Positions 19,785 to 28,277 are shown, numbered from the stretch's first letter. The stretch: DNA of 36,974 nt from Burkholderiaceae bacterium (GCA_031970775.1 DALYHR010000001.1:1-36974); one strand, 5' to 3'. Numbers and translations are program-made. Notes: generated from the letters alone by a model not told the origin.

Positions 19785-19788
19785 CTGG

Positions 19789-20148
19789 TCAGGCTATCGG
19801 CGGCACCGTCTCATTTCTAGGCACTGATGAGACTGATTCAGGATCAGTCATTCCAGGCTGTTTCAGCATTCGATAGACGGTTGCCCGACTGATCCCCAAA
19901 GTGCGCGCAACTTCCGTGGCATTGCGTCCATTGAACAGACTGAGCACCTGACAGACCAGGCGGCGGCCTGTATCGCGCTGCCTGATGTAGCAGTGCGCCG
20001 CTCCGAACTCACTGCGAACAGCCAGCTTCATGGCCGCCAGCTCACGCTCATCAGCCAGCAGCCCAGGCTTCAACTCCGTCAGGTAGTCGAATAGGCGATC
20101 GACCAAGTCGTCATTGTCAGGGTGATGATTCATGGCAATGCAGGTCAT
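19789..20148 (-). CDS. Mor/C-like HTH transcriptional activator
   Basis: EFG...YI and FNGRNATEVARTLGISRATVYRML HTH. Confidence 0.75.
   Translation of the reverse strand: MTCIAMNHHPDNDDLVDRLFDYLTELKPGLLADERELAAMKLAVRSEFGAAHCYIRQRDTGRRLVCQVLSLFNGRNATEVARTLGISRATVYRMLKQPGMTDPESVSSVPRNETVPPIA
19808..19833 (-). promoter_or_regulatory. Late-promoter activator site GTCTCA-N14-TGAGAC (gpW/portal)
   Basis: Inverted repeat just upstream of the gpW ATG; paralogous to 18017-18042. Confidence 0.7.
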
Positions 20149-22190
20149 CCCAGACGCCGCGGCGACTGAGTCGGCCGGCGATCAGGGGCGGTTGCGAAAA
20201 CGGCTGGATGGGGTACGGCGGCCGGAACGGGAACTGGGCTGGTCACCTGCGGCACATCGGATGACTGCCGGCTGAACAGATCAAGTGGCGGCTGCACAGC
20301 CCGCTCGATCTGGAGCCAGTCGGCATCACGCTTGGTATGCAGACCCAGCATGTAGGCCGCATGGAGGGCGTAGTTGCGGGTATCAAGCACCTCGTTGCGA
20401 GGGCGACGCTTGACCCACCGATAGGATTCACCCGTGGCGGTGCGCGACAGGATGCGCTGTTCTGCGGTGAGCTGTTCGTACCACTCGCGGGGCAGCTGGT
20501 CGCTGAAGTGGACGTAGCCCGGCCCCGGTGTGGCGATGCCGAGCTGGCCATGCAGAAGATCCTTGGCCGTATCGACACCGACCACCCACAGCTTGACGCC
20601 GCCCGGCCACTTCTGGCCACGCCATGTCACGTCCTGGCTGCTGGCTGTTCCCTTGATGGGCTTGCCCTCTTCGCTGGCGCCCTTGATCGCAAAGACCCGC
20701 ATGCGGCCCTGCTGCTGACGCACGAAGTTGTAGACAGCCTGCGTGTGATGGCCCGAGTCGATGCTGATGGCGTCGATGCCCAGCGATCCGCCATGCCACG
20801 CCTGTGTGTAGCGCCGCTGGAGGTATTGCTCGACAGCCAGCCAGTCGCGTTCATCGGCCGGATTTCCCTCGATCACATGGTGGTCGATGGGCCACGACTC
20901 CATACCGCGGCCCCAGGCCCACACGCCGATTTCCCAGCGGTTGCCCTGAAGGTCAACGCCGGCCGTGAGCACCAGGCCGCCAGCCGGGACAACGCGCAGC
21001 GGGAACGGTTCGGCCCGCGCCTGCAGTTCGTGCTCTTCAGTGCGATCGCCGCAGACTTCCCAGGTTTCGCCAAGTGTCTCGTTCACGAAGCCCTGCAACG
21101 GGCCGACATTACCCTCGGTCTGTGCTGCGTAAGCCTGCTCAAACTCGCGCACGATGTCGGACCATGCCCGCTGTGGGCTGTATCCCGCCCAGATCTGAAA
21201 TGCGACATGGCGGGGTGGGCGAATCTCTTCGCCAGCCGCATTGCGCCAGGTGCGGTCTTGTCCGTAGCGGATGCCGGTCTTGATGCACACCCAGTCACCC
21301 AACCAGGCACGCAGATAGTCACCCTGCTGGATCTCACCACCGCAGTGCGGGCAGACATGGCGCACGGTGTCGGGCTGGCCGCGCGTCCACTTCATGCCAT
21401 GGGCAACATCCTTCCTGCCCCAGATGAGCGGATGTTCTTCGCCGCAGTGCGGGCAGCGGATGTGGTACCGCATGTCGGCGTCGGCATTCAGGCGTGAGCG
21501 CTCGACGTGGCACAGGCCCTTGATGCGCGGCGTGCTGCCACCCACGAACTTTGGATACGGCGCACCTTCAAGGCGGCCTTTGGCCAGAGTTCCGGGGTCG
21601 GATGATTTTTCGATCTGCTGATCGAACCCCGACCATTCGTCGAGGATGGCCACGGCCACGGTGATGCGGCGATAGGCGCGCGCAGCCTTGCCGCCCAGGA
21701 AGTGCGAGACAGAATCACGGAATGACTTGAAGTTGATCGTGTCCTTGTGGGCGCCAGCCTTGCTGGTGCGCCGCGCCGCGCGCACTGCAGCAACGCCGTC
21801 AAGCACGGGGTCGACCTCACTCTTGACGAAGCTGTCACGGTCATCGTCTGTGGGCTGCCATACCGCCTGTTTTCTACGCCGGTGCGCGATGTTGTAGGCC
21901 ACGAAGGCGGCCACCGTCTTGGTGTAGCCAACACGCTTGCTCTTCTGCACATCGACGTGCTCGATGTCATCGTTGCTGAAGGCGTCCATCCAGCCGATCT
22001 GGAAGGGCCATGCCTCCCAGGCGCCCTTCTGGTGGCTGGACTCGCCGGCCAGCTTGAAGTGCTCGGCGGACCAGTCGCTCAGCCGCTGAGGCGGATCAGC
22101 ACGCAGGCTGTCAAGGCCAAGGCGCACCGCAGCAATGGCAGCTCGACGAGCCTCCGGGCTACAGCGATGCCGATGCGCCAGACGGGTCAT
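20145..22190 (-). CDS. Terminase large subunit (gpA family)
   Basis: 681 aa; KSKRVGYT Walker A variant, ILDE Walker B, STP, CPHC zinc motifs, AGVD, IDSG, RNEVLD. Confidence 0.96.
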   Translation of the reverse strand: MTRLAHRHRCSPEARRAAIAAVRLGLDSLRADPPQRLSDWSAEHFKLAGESSHQKGAWEAWPFQIGWMDAFSNDDIEHVDVQKSKRVGYTKTVAAFVAYNIAHRRRKQAVWQPTDDDRDSFVKSEVDPVLDGVAAVRAARRTSKAGAHKDTINFKSFRDSVSHFLGGKAARAYRRITVAVAILDEWSGFDQQIEKSSDPGTLAKGRLEGAPYPKFVGGSTPRIKGLCHVERSRLNADADMRYHIRCPHCGEEHPLIWGRKDVAHGMKWTRGQPDTVRHVCPHCGGEIQQGDYLRAWLGDWVCIKTGIRYGQDRTWRNAAGEEIRPPRHVAFQIWAGYSPQRAWSDIVREFEQAYAAQTEGNVGPLQGFVNETLGETWEVCGDRTEEHELQARAEPFPLRVVPAGGLVLTAGVDLQGNRWEIGVWAWGRGMESWPIDHHVIEGNPADERDWLAVEQYLQRRYTQAWHGGSLGIDAISIDSGHHTQAVYNFVRQQQGRMRVFAIKGASEEGKPIKGTASSQDVTWRGQKWPGGVKLWVVGVDTAKDLLHGQLGIATPGPGYVHFSDQLPREWYEQLTAEQRILSRTATGESYRWVKRRPRNEVLDTRNYALHAAYMLGLHTKRDADWLQIERAVQPPLDLFSRQSSDVPQVTSPVPVPAAVPHPAVFATAPDRRPTQSPRRLG

Positions 22191-22747
22191 TCCTCAAGCC
22201 CCCCATCCATGGCGACATCCAGACCGCCTTCGGCATCGTCGGAGCCATCATCATCGGCAGCCAGTTGCTCTTCGATCAGCGATGCCGTCGAGCGAATCCA
22301 CTCGTTGCGGGCCGACGTGATGACTTTGTGAACCGCCATTCGGGCCGACTCGGGCAGATCCGGGCAGGCCTTGCGCAGTGCGCCATCGAGCTGGTCGAAG
22401 CGATCGACCACAGCAGATGACGCAGCACCCAGCACATCGGCCAGCAGGCCGACCGGCGCGAAGTCGCCCCGGGCCACGGCGTTCTTCATGTCCTGCGCTT
22501 CGCGCTGAGATCGAGCCAAGGCGGCACGCTCCTGCACCAGGTCGAGGCCGCCGCCATCAGCAGACATGCGGCCGGCAGCCTGCTCACGCAGACGTGAGCA
22601 ATAGGCCAGCAGCCAGGTGTGAGCCGTGGCGCCCTTGTCGATCACACCCGAGCTGACCATCTGCGAGACGGCCGCCTCACTGAGCCCGACCATCTGCGCG
22701 AACTCGGACTGCGTGATCATTGCCCGCATGGACATGATGACGTTCAC
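22187..22747 (-). CDS. Terminase small subunit (Nu1-like)
   Basis: N-terminal HTH (TQSEFAQMVGLSEAAVSQ), LREQAAGR, coiled coil; ATGA-coupled to the large subunit. The exact start is uncertain. Confidence 0.85.
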   Translation of the reverse strand: MNVIMSMRAMITQSEFAQMVGLSEAAVSQMVSSGVIDKGATAHTWLLAYCSRLREQAAGRMSADGGGLDLVQERAALARSQREAQDMKNAVARGDFAPVGLLADVLGAASSAVVDRFDQLDGALRKACPDLPESARMAVHKVITSARNEWIRSTASLIEEQLAADDDGSDDAEGGLDVAMDGGLEE

Positions 22748-22862
22748 TTCACCCCCCTTAGAGACCCATGCAACAGCGCAACGACGGGGTCCGAATTACC
22801 CTCGACCGGAGGGGCTGGGTAGAACCTACCGATTCCGGCAGAACCCCACGACAGGCAGGCGG

Positions 22863-23690
22863 TCACCATCCGAAACTCCCTTGGTACCCGCTGGCCATCG
22901 TCTTGGCCAGGCTATCGGTCAAGGCCCTTGTCACCTGCATCGGCAAGCGCTCCGCCGCTACTCGTTCAGCCACACCGTGGAAGTCGAACCGAGGCTTGTA
23001 GTTGGCTGCCCTCACGAACAGCACGACAGGCCGCAGCTTCCCTGTTCGACCTAGCCCAAGCTTTGCCCCGAAGTTGCGTGATTCGGCCAGATAGATACCC
23101 GGCTTGAGCTTTCCATTCTGCACCTTGATAGCTACGAACTGACCCCCCGCCCTGCCGTAGGCATTGCGCTGCTTTGTCCGGGATGCCCGATCCGTTCCCT
23201 TGGTCAAGGTCCGGTTGTGGCCCGCCGTCAGCTCCACACCCACTTGGCTGAGGATCTGATTGATCTGGCCGCGGCTGATGTTCCCGTAGGCATCGAGCTT
23301 TGCCGCCGATCCCGGAACAGCCACCGTGCCAGCCGGCATGGACCCCGCAGCCTGCAGCGCCTTCTCGAAGCGCTTCATGTGGCGCTGGCCGCCCTCGACT
23401 TGAGGCAGCAGGTACTTGGTGGCCGGAGTGCCGCTGCCCGCCGTGTCATCCTTGAACCACACCTCGGCAGCCAGCGTCTCAGCGGTAGCCGGCTTCACGA
23501 ACATGGCGTTCTGTGTGTAGGGCGTCGGCCGGTCGATCACACTGTTCAGCTCGGACAGCTCTGCTGCCTTGACTTCGACCGCGGTTCGCGTGAGTGCCGT
23601 TGCCACCACGGCATTGATGCGCCGTTGGCTGATCGATCCGAGCATGGCCTGCATGCCATCCAGACCCTCGATGGACATAGCCAGCTTCAC
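22863..23690 (-). CDS. Conserved phage protein (possibly gpZ-like)
   Basis: 275 aa with ALTRTA, DRPTPYT, YLLPQVEGG, LDAYGNI motifs common upstream of terminase in proteobacterial prophages. Confidence 0.6.
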   Translation of the reverse strand: MKLAMSIEGLDGMQAMLGSISQRRINAVVATALTRTAVEVKAAELSELNSVIDRPTPYTQNAMFVKPATAETLAAEVWFKDDTAGSGTPATKYLLPQVEGGQRHMKRFEKALQAAGSMPAGTVAVPGSAAKLDAYGNISRGQINQILSQVGVELTAGHNRTLTKGTDRASRTKQRNAYGRAGGQFVAIKVQNGKLKPGIYLAESRNFGAKLGLGRTGKLRPVVLFVRAANYKPRFDFHGVAERVAAERLPMQVTRALTDSLAKTMASGYQGSFGW

Positions 23691-24202
23691 GCTGCACTCC
23701 TTCGCAGCGACTCAGCCACCACATTGATCGGAGCACTGGGCGCATACCCCAATGCCTCGCGCCACATCATCTGCTGACTGCGCCGCAGCGACTGGCCAGC
23801 CAGCTCACGGTCGCGCAGATCGAAGGCCCACTGCCGTGGGTGACGACCCCGATCAGAGGCTGTTCGGATCACCAGCTCGGCCACCCGCTTCGGGTCAGCA
23901 CGAACCACCGGCTCAGCAGGCCTGGCCGACTGCGCGGGGTCAACCGCCTGGCCGCAGATGCGCCGGAACATCTGTGCTGTCAGCGGCAGACGCTCAGGCC
24001 GGTGAGCCAGTGCGTATTCGATGGCCCACGGCTTGTCGGCATAGCTGGCCAACTCTTCGGCCCAGTCAGCGCGCACCGCATCAAGCGGCAACCCGTCCCA
24101 CTGCGACTTGAACAGGTGTCCGTACGACACCACCAGCTTTTGCCAGATTCGGTTCAGCACCTCGTCGGGAAGACGATCAGGCGCAGGCAGCTTCGGTTCC
24201 AT
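23687..24202 (-). CDS. Replication-associated protein (gpP-like position)
   Basis: 171 aa, YG...W..., P....F...C pattern, directly after the initiator. Confidence 0.55.
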   Translation of the reverse strand: MEPKLPAPDRLPDEVLNRIWQKLVVSYGHLFKSQWDGLPLDAVRADWAEELASYADKPWAIEYALAHRPERLPLTAQMFRRICGQAVDPAQSARPAEPVVRADPKRVAELVIRTASDRGRHPRQWAFDLRDRELAGQSLRRSQQMMWREALGYAPSAPINVVAESLRRSAA

Positions 24203-25232
24203 GGGTCACCCCTTTCACGTATCGGCTCAGTCGCTCGAAGTCGGCGCCCTTGAACAGGGTCGGTGCCGCTTTGAACATCTCGATCTCGTTCTGAGTCGGA
24301 GGCCGCTCATCCAGCAGAGCGCCCGCGCCCGGCATCACCGTCCGGCCAGCCTCAGCAATGGCACCACTTAGGCATCCCAAGGCGTAGACAAACCCCTTGC
24401 GACGCTCGACGGATTGATCGGCTGCCCAGACGAACTGGGAATCTGACACGCCCGACTCCAGCAGGGCGATCAGCCTCGGGTTACCCGGGTTCACATCGGC
24501 AATGCCTCGCGACTTCATCAGCCGGCAGACTCGACCAGCCGGGGTTGGCTCATGGCCTGCAACGCCGACCTGCAACGGTTGAGGTTGCGTTGCAGGTTCG
24601 CCATCTGCCATCGTCAAGACTGAATTGACCGTTCCCGGAGAAAGACTCACACCGCGCTGTATCGAACTACCACCATCGTTGAGGTGTGTGTTCTTGGTGT
24701 TTGGTGGTTGGTTATTGGCTATTGGGTTAGCCGTTGCAGGTCCGTTGCAGGTCCGTTGCAGGTCCGTTGCAGGTTGCGTTGCAGGGTTGGCGATACCGTA
24801 CTGGGCAGCCAGTTCGCGGACGCGCTGAATCGGCGCGTTCCACGGCAGGTTCACACCATGAGCCCGCAGGCCAGCGAAGAGGTTGGAACGCTCCTGACGG
24901 TGGCGCCGCATCCGCTCCTGCTCAGATTTCTTGACGACGTCAACGTCATCCTGCCGCTTTTGGTATTCGGCAATCTCACTGTCGCAGCGAGACTGGTGAT
25001 AGCAGCCGTCCGCCTCCAGAACGAAGAACTCGGCCAGCACTGAGTCGACAGCCTTGCGCTCTGCTTTGGAGCGCGCGCCGACCAGGCGGCACACCTCGGA
25101 GTGATCGGCCGGCAGAGGGGCCTCTGCGACGTAGTAGCGCCGGATCATCCGGCTGTAGACGGCATCCTCGACCAGCGTGAGGTGTGCCGTGGCTGCGGCC
25201 CAGTCACCCAGGTGGTGTTGGTAGAAGTTCAT
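24177..25232 (-). CDS. Replication initiator, YdaU/DUF1376 family
   Basis: MNFYQHHLGDW...HLT..E..Y.R....YY..E.PLP signature; internal iterons. Confidence 0.88.
   Translation of the reverse strand: MNFYQHHLGDWAAATAHLTLVEDAVYSRMIRRYYVAEAPLPADHSEVCRLVGARSKAERKAVDSVLAEFFVLEADGCYHQSRCDSEIAEYQKRQDDVDVVKKSEQERMRRHRQERSNLFAGLRAHGVNLPWNAPIQRVRELAAQYGIANPATQPATDLQRTCNGPATANPIANNQPPNTKNTHLNDGGSSIQRGVSLSPGTVNSVLTMADGEPATQPQPLQVGVAGHEPTPAGRVCRLMKSRGIADVNPGNPRLIALLESGVSDSQFVWAADQSVERRKGFVYALGCLSGAIAEAGRTVMPGAGALLDERPPTQNEIEMFKAAPTLFKGADFERLSRYVKGVTHGTEAACA
24731..24785. repeat. Iterons of the phage replication origin
   Basis: Four tandem copies of CCGTTGCAGGT plus one variant inside the initiator gene; related copies at about 24569-24598. 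Confidence 0.8.
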
Positions 25233-25492
25233 TCGTCACCCCTCGGGTATACCGAACTTGCACCAACCTTGCCACCGATATTCCCTGCAGATGGGGCTGG
25301 ACCAGCCAGGGCAGAGCGACGAATCTGGGCGACATGTTCACCATAGGTCACGCCCAACAGCTGCAACGTGATGAGGTCACGCAGGAGGTCGGACACGGTG
25401 CACCCCGCATCTGCTGCCCGGCGCCTGAACTGCTCGGCCATCGATTCATCCACATGCGTGGACAGCTCTTGTGTCAGCTTCATCGAGCCCAT
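25229..25492 (-). CDS. Small DNA-binding regulator (RHH-like, cII position)
   Basis: 87 aa, FRRRAADAGCTVSDLLRDLI; between cro and the initiator. Confidence 0.6.
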   Translation of the reverse strand: MGSMKLTQELSTHVDESMAEQFRRRAADAGCTVSDLLRDLITLQLLGVTYGEHVAQIRRSALAGPAPSAGNIGGKVGASSVYPRGDE

Positions 25493-25752
25493 CAGGCGGC
25501 CTCCTCAGCGGGAACTGGAGGTGCATCAGGGCGATCGATCAGCTCGGGCCAGATGCGCCACCAGTCATTCGGACGAAGCTGCCAGCGCATGACGCGACCT
25601 CCCGACGCAGTCTCTATGGCGGCGCAGTGCTCTGCGGGTACGGCCCCGCGTTTCTTCCACATTGCCGGAGTACTCGCAGATACGCCAACGGCCCTCGCCG
25701 CAGCGACCTGACCACCGCACAGATCAATAGCATGAGTGATGCACTCGTTCAT
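25492..25752 (-). CDS. cro: Cro/YdaS-like repressor
   Basis: GGQVAAARAVGVS...W HTH and LRPNDW..IWPEL tail; divergent from cI. Confidence 0.85.
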   Translation of the reverse strand: MNECITHAIDLCGGQVAAARAVGVSASTPAMWKKRGAVPAEHCAAIETASGGRVMRWQLRPNDWWRIWPELIDRPDAPPVPAEEAA

Positions 25753-25764
25753 GCCATCTATTTA

Positions 25765-25831
25765 ATCACGAACGTGATATGAATGGCAACACCAAAGAAA
25801 TGGGACTCACAGGTCAAATCACACTTGTGAA
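25765..25831. promoter_or_regulatory. OR-like operators ATCAC-N4-GTGAT
   Basis: ATCACGAACGTGAT at 25765-25778 and ATCACACTTGTGAA at 25818-25831 in the cro/cI divergence; the same motif recurs at 32009-32046. Confidence 0.75.
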
Positions 25832-26495
25832 CACCATTGCAGAACGATTGAAGGAGTCCAGGGAGCGACTTGGCCTGAGCCAAGACGATCTCGCGGCTCG
25901 CTCCGGGGTCAGCCAAGGGACCATCGGCAACATTGAGGCAGGCATTAGGAAACGACCAAGGGAGATCGTTTCCATTGCAAATGCCTTAGGTGTTCTGCCA
26001 GAGTGGCTTGAAAAAGGTCACGGGCCAAGATCAAAGCTGGTTTCCGAAGAGGAAACGCTTCCGTGGCCTAGATCGATCCGGGTTCCCCTGATGTCTGCAG
26101 CGGCATCAATGGGAGAAGGGGCAGAGCAAGCCCTTGAAGATGTTGTGGTTGGCTCGCTTGACCTGTCACCTCAGTGGGTCAGTCAGCACCTGAGAAGCAG
26201 CAAGCCCGACCAGCTGAGGTTCCTCAGCGCCTATGGGGATTCGATGGCCCCAACGTTTTCAAGTGGCGACGTGCTTCTGGTCGACACCGGAGCACGCTCA
26301 ACGGCTATCGACGGAATCTACGTGATCAGCGCCCAGCAACGCCTATTCGTCAAGCGCGTCAGGCAGCGCCTGGACGGCAGCATCGAGATCAGTAGCGACA
26401 ACCCTGCCGTGAAGACGACCGACGCTCTGAATGGAGACCATCAGGTTGACGTTATCGGACGGGTTGTTTGGGTTTGGAATGGCCGGAAGGTTTAA
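25779..26495 (+). CDS. cI: CI repressor (XRE HTH + S24 peptidase)
   Basis: LSQDDLAARSGVSQGTIGNIE HTH, GDSMAP catalytic Ser, FVKR catalytic Lys. The true start may be GTG 25827. Confidence 0.94.
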   Translation: MNGNTKEMGLTGQITLVNTIAERLKESRERLGLSQDDLAARSGVSQGTIGNIEAGIRKRPREIVSIANALGVLPEWLEKGHGPRSKLVSEEETLPWPRSIRVPLMSAAASMGEGAEQALEDVVVGSLDLSPQWVSQHLRSSKPDQLRFLSAYGDSMAPTFSSGDVLLVDTGARSTAIDGIYVISAQQRLFVKRVRQRLDGSIEISSDNPAVKTTDALNGDHQVDVIGRVVWVWNGRKV

Positions 26496-26510
26496 CAAAG
26501 GAGGACAAAA

Positions 26511-26963
26511 ATGAAAGCAATAAAAATTATATTTATACTGGTAATTTCAATACCGATTGCATTGGTTTCATTCTTCTACGCAAGAAATAAGATTATTGGC
26601 CCAGAAGGATGGGCGCTAGATATAACAAAGCAAAAACTACAAGCAATGATGAAAGACCCTGAATCAATGAAAATAATTTCATCATTCACATTGCAAAAGG
26701 AAGTTGACGAAGATACAACGGAAATAGCAATATGCGGAATTGTTGACGGCAAGAACTCATTTGGAGTCTACCAAGGAGGCCAGATGTTTGCATCGTTATT
26801 CCATAGAAGCAAGAAATCACAAACGTTTAGTAATGTATTTGTTCAGATAGAAGATCCTGTTATGCAAGAAAAAGCTCATAGGATTAATAATTTATCCCCA
26901 TTTGAGTCAGTATATTGGAATGTGCACTGCATTGATGAAACGCATAATCCAATAAAAAATTAA
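26511..26963 (+). CDS. AT-rich membrane-anchored accessory protein
   Basis: GGAGG RBS, N-terminal TM helix, KDPES...CG.V..KNSFG.Y.G motif; directly downstream of cI. Confidence 0.75.
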   Translation: MKAIKIIFILVISIPIALVSFFYARNKIIGPEGWALDITKQKLQAMMKDPESMKIISSFTLQKEVDEDTTEIAICGIVDGKNSFGVYQGGQMFASLFHRSKKSQTFSNVFVQIEDPVMQEKAHRINNLSPFESVYWNVHCIDETHNPIKN

Positions 26964-27130
26964 TTGCACATAAAAATTAAATCCATAAATAACAATTTAC
27001 ATTGTTAATTCATGCTGGTCTGGTGTGAAAAATTTGGGATGCCTATCGTGCTGCATTGATGTCGCAGAAGCTGCTCAGATCTGTACCAGCCAGGTTGATA
27101 GGCATCATTCCAATAAGTGCCGCTCGATGC

Positions 27131-27838
27131 CTAATTAGCGTTATACGTCTCGGCAATCGCCGCGAATATCGGGTACGCCTGTTGCGGCACTACTGCGTTT
27201 CCGAGGGCGCGCAGTCTGTCCATTTGGCGCGGTATCCCATCAGCCACTCGACCCACTCCGGGTTCGGTCGCCCACCAAGCTGGTCCGCCAACCCTACTTG
27301 CGGGTCGCTCGGCGTTCTGCCGGTCAGTTTCTTCACGCTCGATTTCGGGTAGATCACATAGGCGTTTGGCGTGCGCCACAACGAAAACCCGCTCTCTGAA
27401 ATGGGGCGCCGCAACGGCGAGAGCTGGGAGACTGAACGCCCGCCAGGCGTAGCCGTCTTCCTCCAGGTCATCAATGACGCCATCGAGTCCTCGGGCAATG
27501 TGGCCTTTAACGTTTTCTCCAACCACCCAAGTGGGTCGCAGGTCTTGCACAACCCGCCGCATTGCTGGCCACAGGTGGCGTTCGTCCGCTTCGGCTCGCT
27601 TTCGTCCGGCCTGGCTGAATGGCTGGCATGGGTATCCGCCAAACACAATGTCAATTCGTGGCAGTGCTGCGGTGTCAATTGTTCTAACGTCATTGAAAAT
27701 CCTTGTGTTCGGCCACCGTGTCGCCAGAACCGACTTGCAAAACTTGTCGCGCTCGCAAAAGGCCACGGTCTTAAACCCTGCCCATTCGGCGGCGATGTCC
27801 AGGCCGCCAATTCCAGAAAACAAACTTAGTGCGTTCAA
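27131..27838 (-). CDS. C5 DNA cytosine methyltransferase (cassette 1)
   Basis: Motifs FSGIGG (I), GGYPCQ (IV), ENV (VI), RERVF (VIII), ALGNAV (X). The likely TTG start at 27838 has a GGAGG inside the attC; the ORF track extends it to 27874. Confidence 0.93.
   Translation of the reverse strand: MNALSLFSGIGGLDIAAEWAGFKTVAFCERDKFCKSVLATRWPNTRIFNDVRTIDTAALPRIDIVFGGYPCQPFSQAGRKRAEADERHLWPAMRRVVQDLRPTWVVGENVKGHIARGLDGVIDDLEEDGYAWRAFSLPALAVAAPHFRERVFVVAHAKRLCDLPEIEREETDRQNAERPASRVGGPAWWATEPGVGRVADGIPRQMDRLRALGNAVVPQQAYPIFAAIAETYNAN
27190..27810 (-). CDS. Nested alternative-frame methyltransferase subunit carrying a motif IX-like segment
   Basis: Open alternative frame inside the MTase gene with LWRTPNA...NPEWVEWLMGY...WT; start codon uncertain. 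Confidence 0.6.
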   Translation of the reverse strand: MAAWTSPPNGQGLRPWPFASATSFASRFWRHGGRTQGFSMTLEQLTPQHCHELTLCLADTHASHSARPDESEPKRTNATCGQQCGGLCKTCDPLGWLEKTLKATLPEDSMASLMTWRKTATPGGRSVSQLSPLRRPISESGFSLWRTPNAYVIYPKSSVKKLTGRTPSDPQVGLADQLGGRPNPEWVEWLMGYRAKWTDCAPSETQ

Positions 27839-28191
27839 GACGTATAACCCTCCGGTCCAGGCGACCTGGCGCAAACAGCCGCGCCAGTCGCCTGACCTAG
27901 TGCGTTAGAGCGCATCAGTGCCCACGGACCGAAATCCATCCTGTCCTCTTTCGCCTTCGCGCATGCGTCGGTGTACGGCACTGGCATTGCGGCTGCTTGC
28001 TCATCACTCACGAGGACGATATGCACTGTGTAGCCCTCTCCATCGCAGCAAAATGCCTCCGCTTTGCCTGGGTTGTTGGTTGTCAGTGCCCTGTCAATAG
28101 CATCGCGCAGCGACTCTAGTGCGTCTCTTGTGCCAGCTATATGAGCATCTTCGTGCCAAACTTCCTGAGCGTAGATATGCAGTGTTTCCAT
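27835..28191 (-). CDS. Hypothetical protein (cassette 2)
   Basis: 118-aa ORF with AAGGA RBS filling the cassette; reads through attC 1. Confidence 0.8.
   Translation of the reverse strand: METLHIYAQEVWHEDAHIAGTRDALESLRDAIDRALTTNNPGKAEAFCCDGEGYTVHIVLVSDEQAAAMPVPYTDACAKAKEDRMDFGPWALMRSNALGQATGAAVCARSPGPEGYTS
27842..27910 (+). repeat. attC-like site 1
   Basis: GTATAAC-CCTCC-GGTC(C)AGGCGA(C)CTGGCGC...GCGCCAGTCGCCTGACC-TAGTGC-GTTAGAG. Confidence 0.88.
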
Positions 28192-28212
28192 TTTCTATCC
28201 TTATAAAATGCG

Positions 28213-28269
28213 CCCTAACCCGCCATTCAACCCGGACCCTGGCGGGCCGGGTTAACCGCAGCGTTAGAA
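28213..28269 (+). repeat. attC-like site 2
   Basis: CCCTAAC-CCGCC-ATT(C)AACCCGG(A)CCC-TGGC-GGGCCGGGTTAAC-CGCAGC-GTTAGAA. Confidence 0.92.
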
Positions 28270-28277
28270 GGCATGCG

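Noticed and set aside
4155..22331. Numerous + strand ORFs across the structural module
   Set aside because: GC-rich antisense shadow ORFs overlapping well-supported minus-strand structural genes.
22750..22860. cos site upstream of the small terminase
   Set aside because: Plausible by position for a gpA/Nu1-type terminase, but no cohesive-end sequence can be identified with confidence.
24731..24785. Tandem repeat as CRISPR or contingency locus
   Set aside because: No spacers; its location within the initiator gene fits iterons.
27097..27146. An eighth attC upstream of cassette 1
   Set aside because: TAGGCATC/GATGCCTA can pair, but there is no AAC-type R'' box or correct spacer geometry. Treated as an attI-like or secondary site.
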